Shown piece by piece: positions 61,525-64,000 of a DNA stretch of 64,000 bases. Numbering within the stretch: position 1 is the first letter of the stretch; each line of letters opens with the position of its first letter. The stretch spans positions 43,543,404 through 43,607,403 of the forward strand of contig NC_081379.1 in the NCBI RefSeq assembly GCF_030684315.1, given 5' to 3'. Origin of the DNA: Stegostoma tigrinum. Lineage: Eukaryota. Below the pieces are notes generated by a model. That model saw only the letters and a program-made list of their open reading frames with translations. It searched no databases and was not told the DNA's origin. A program made the position numbers and the translations under genes.

Positions 61525-62594
61525 AAGAGATTAAAAAACATAAAGCACCCCAACACACCTGATCAAATTGAACATCACTCCCGTACAGACAGCTGTTTGT
61601 CATCATTGCTACAGTCGGAGGGCCTGTGAGGGAGGATTTAGCCAACTCTTGTCAATTGAAATATTAATCTTCGGAAATTTGTTTTCCCTGTCTATACTTT
61701 TCCACCCATAATGTTTGCGTCAAACCATGTTTGCTCTGTCTGTTTTGTTGGTGAATGCATGTACGCGTGTGTAGTAGGCTTTTAATCGGGTAGAGGTTAA
61801 CTACTTTTACCTTGCCATCTGTTGAACAAGTGTGTTTAATAGAGTAATATTTCTGTTAGTGAAAGAAAAAAATTGAATTGCTTTAGTCGTGAATAACAGT
61901 CAATTAGAAAATTGTGGTGGTGTGAAGGGTTAATCCTCTGTCTCAATTCTAAAACATCGGAGTTCGATTATCAACACGTTCTTCCCACTTTGATCATGGC
62001 AAACAGAAATGTGCGCAACATTCCAGGTGCGGATTTCCCTTTTTTTAATGGCAAACGTATTACATTATTTTTGTCCTCTATGTTTCTACTATTTCAAAGT
62101 AAATTCTCTTTTGCACTCATTAGTATCAAATAACAATGGTATCGATTTCGCTTAATGTTGAACAGATGACCAACTCTCTTTCGTTATCTGCATATTCTCT
62201 TATTGCTTATAAACTAGTAGCCACTTCCTGATATATTTTCACCAATTTACATTTCCCTATATTGAATTCCATTTTGTGTACGACTACGCAATTACAAAAT
62301 ACATTCAAATTCACCGCTGGATTAATCGACTCAACTTTGGACCTTCTGGCGTTCGGTTAGAAATACCACCATCTTTTTTATGAATCCTTTTTACAAATCA
62401 TGAAATATATGAAATAAAATTTGTCCTCAAGAGAACATCATTGGACACCTAAAGGAGGTTGGTTTGTTCACTTAGATTGCAAAGCAGACTGATGCTGATA
62501 TTTCAATTTCAGCACAGGCTGAGGTGACTTGAAAGTCCCATCTTCTTAACCTGTCCCCTCGGTGCCTCGGATAAACAGCCAACATAATCAATGA

Positions 62595-62882
62595 TCCATC
62601 CCACCCGGGTTACACTCACCTCCATCCTCTTCCGTCGGGCAATAGATACAAATATGTGAAAACACTAGGAACAGGTTCCAGAAGTTTCTTCCCGCTGGAA
62701 AGGATCTCTCAGATATTAGAGTTGGTCTTTCCCTGCACCTTCGCTTTAGCTGTAACACTATACTCCACATCCTGTTCTATTACCTTGATGTACTTATGTA
62801 AGGCATGATTTGTCTGGTTAGCACTAAAAACAATGCTTTTCACTACATATTGGTACATGTGCAAATAATAAATCAAATCAAA
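62595..62882 (+). mobile_element. Non-LTR retroposon 3' fragment (family of 1068-1490)
   Basis: Ends GGTACATGTGCAAATAATAAATCAAATCAAA; reverse-complement homology to 1068-1380. Confidence 0.55.
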
Positions 62883-63897
62883 TATGGATTGTAAATAACT
62901 GGAGTCCAAAGCTGCAAGTAGTCCTGCTCTTTTGTTAGAGAGTTATGACTGGTGGAGGTTTATCATGATCCTCATGGACAGTGGCACAAGTCACAGACAA
63001 TCAATGTTAGAATGAACCATTTTTTTGCTGCTCTCTGCCAATTCTCAATCCATATCAGTGTGTTACCTCCAATGCAATGTAATCTAATTTTGTTTACTAT
63101 CTGAAATTCAAATACATCATGTATATTTCCCTTCTCTTTTATCTCTTGATTTCCAAGAATCTTTGGGAAGATCTTTGTGTCTTCTGCAATGAAGACAGAC
63201 ATAAAATACATGCTCAATGCTTCTACTACTTCTTTATTTCCCATTCTTAATTCAGCATACTCACATTTTAAGAGGCCAATTGACTCACATTGTAGTTCTT
63301 CTCATTTAAAATACTTGCAGGAACACTTCCTTTTTAATCTTTCTAACTGGCTAGCTCTCATATACTAATTTATCCCTTCGGCCAATATTGCAGGTAAATT
63401 ACCACAAGCTACCTGTAATTTAGCTACTTATTAAGCAATCTCATGGACATTCAGGTACTGAAGCAATGATTTAAACTTTATTGCATGTAGCAATCAAAAT
63501 AAGACACCTCAAGCAAGCAAGTTAGGCCTCGCAACCCATCTTGGCTATTATCCAATTAATGGTGCCATTTAGCTATGAATTCCAAGCCGAAGTGTTTGTC
63601 TCTGGCATCCAGAGTTTGATCCTTACACAGTGTTGTTCTTCAAAGTTCTGCTATTGAAGGATTCTGGTAGTGGATTCTTATACATATTGTCATCCTTTAG
63701 ATTGATGATATGATATGATTGATAATTCTTTAGATTCTTTCATCCAAATTATTGCCAGTCTGCAGCATGCCTTCTTATCAGAAGTAGCTTCTTTGTTACA
63801 TTTGGCCTTGACTGTTTGAAAATATTGTTTTCCAATGGTAAACTCCTTAAATTCTTCAGTAGGACTCTCTTTATCTTTGTGGTGTAAGGCATCCCAT

Positions 63898-64000
63898 TGA
63901 GATGTTTTTGGGATAACATTGCATTGATTTCTATATTCTCTATAAATTAGTGCTCTTCATCTGCTTACACAGAGGTATGCAAACACTGCCTTAAAACTTC
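63898..64000 (+). mobile_element. 5' end of an LTR of the same family as 18960-19907 (runs off the window)
   Basis: TGAGATGTT.TTGGGATAACAT...ATTGATTTCTATATTCTCT.TAAATTA...ATCTGCTTACACAGAGGTAT...ACACTGCCTTA is shared. Confidence 0.8.

Overview
Eukaryotic, repeat-rich vertebrate DNA, almost certainly from a cartilaginous fish (shark). This is inferred from the clustered, germline-joined Ig light-chain genes and the shark-type SINE/CR1/Penelope repeats. The window is part of an immunoglobulin light-chain (lambda-like, L-VJ-C cluster) locus. It holds a decayed + strand cluster (12.7-16.9 kb), an apparently intact + strand cluster (29.2-32.2 kb, 240 aa, pre-joined VJ, 6-aa CDR3), a convergent - strand cluster of a different V/C lineage with a ruined VJ but open C (37.5-41.8 kb), and an orphan C exon in a segmental duplicate that lacks its L-VJ (55.6-56.0 kb). 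The rest is mobile DNA: CR1 LINEs, tRNA-type SINEs, a solo LTR, a Gmr1-like Gypsy fragment, and many Penelope-like elements (PLEs) carrying minimal hammerhead-ribozyme motifs, several as TSD-flanked inverted pairs. The most striking observation is at 44494-45615: a TSD-flanked, intronless, poly(A)-less copy of two ADAMTS17 exons in circularly permuted order. It contains a back-splice-type junction and about 1.3 turns of a 324-nt circle, i.e. a probable retrotransposed circular RNA. All coordinates and counts were made by eye and no database searches were run.
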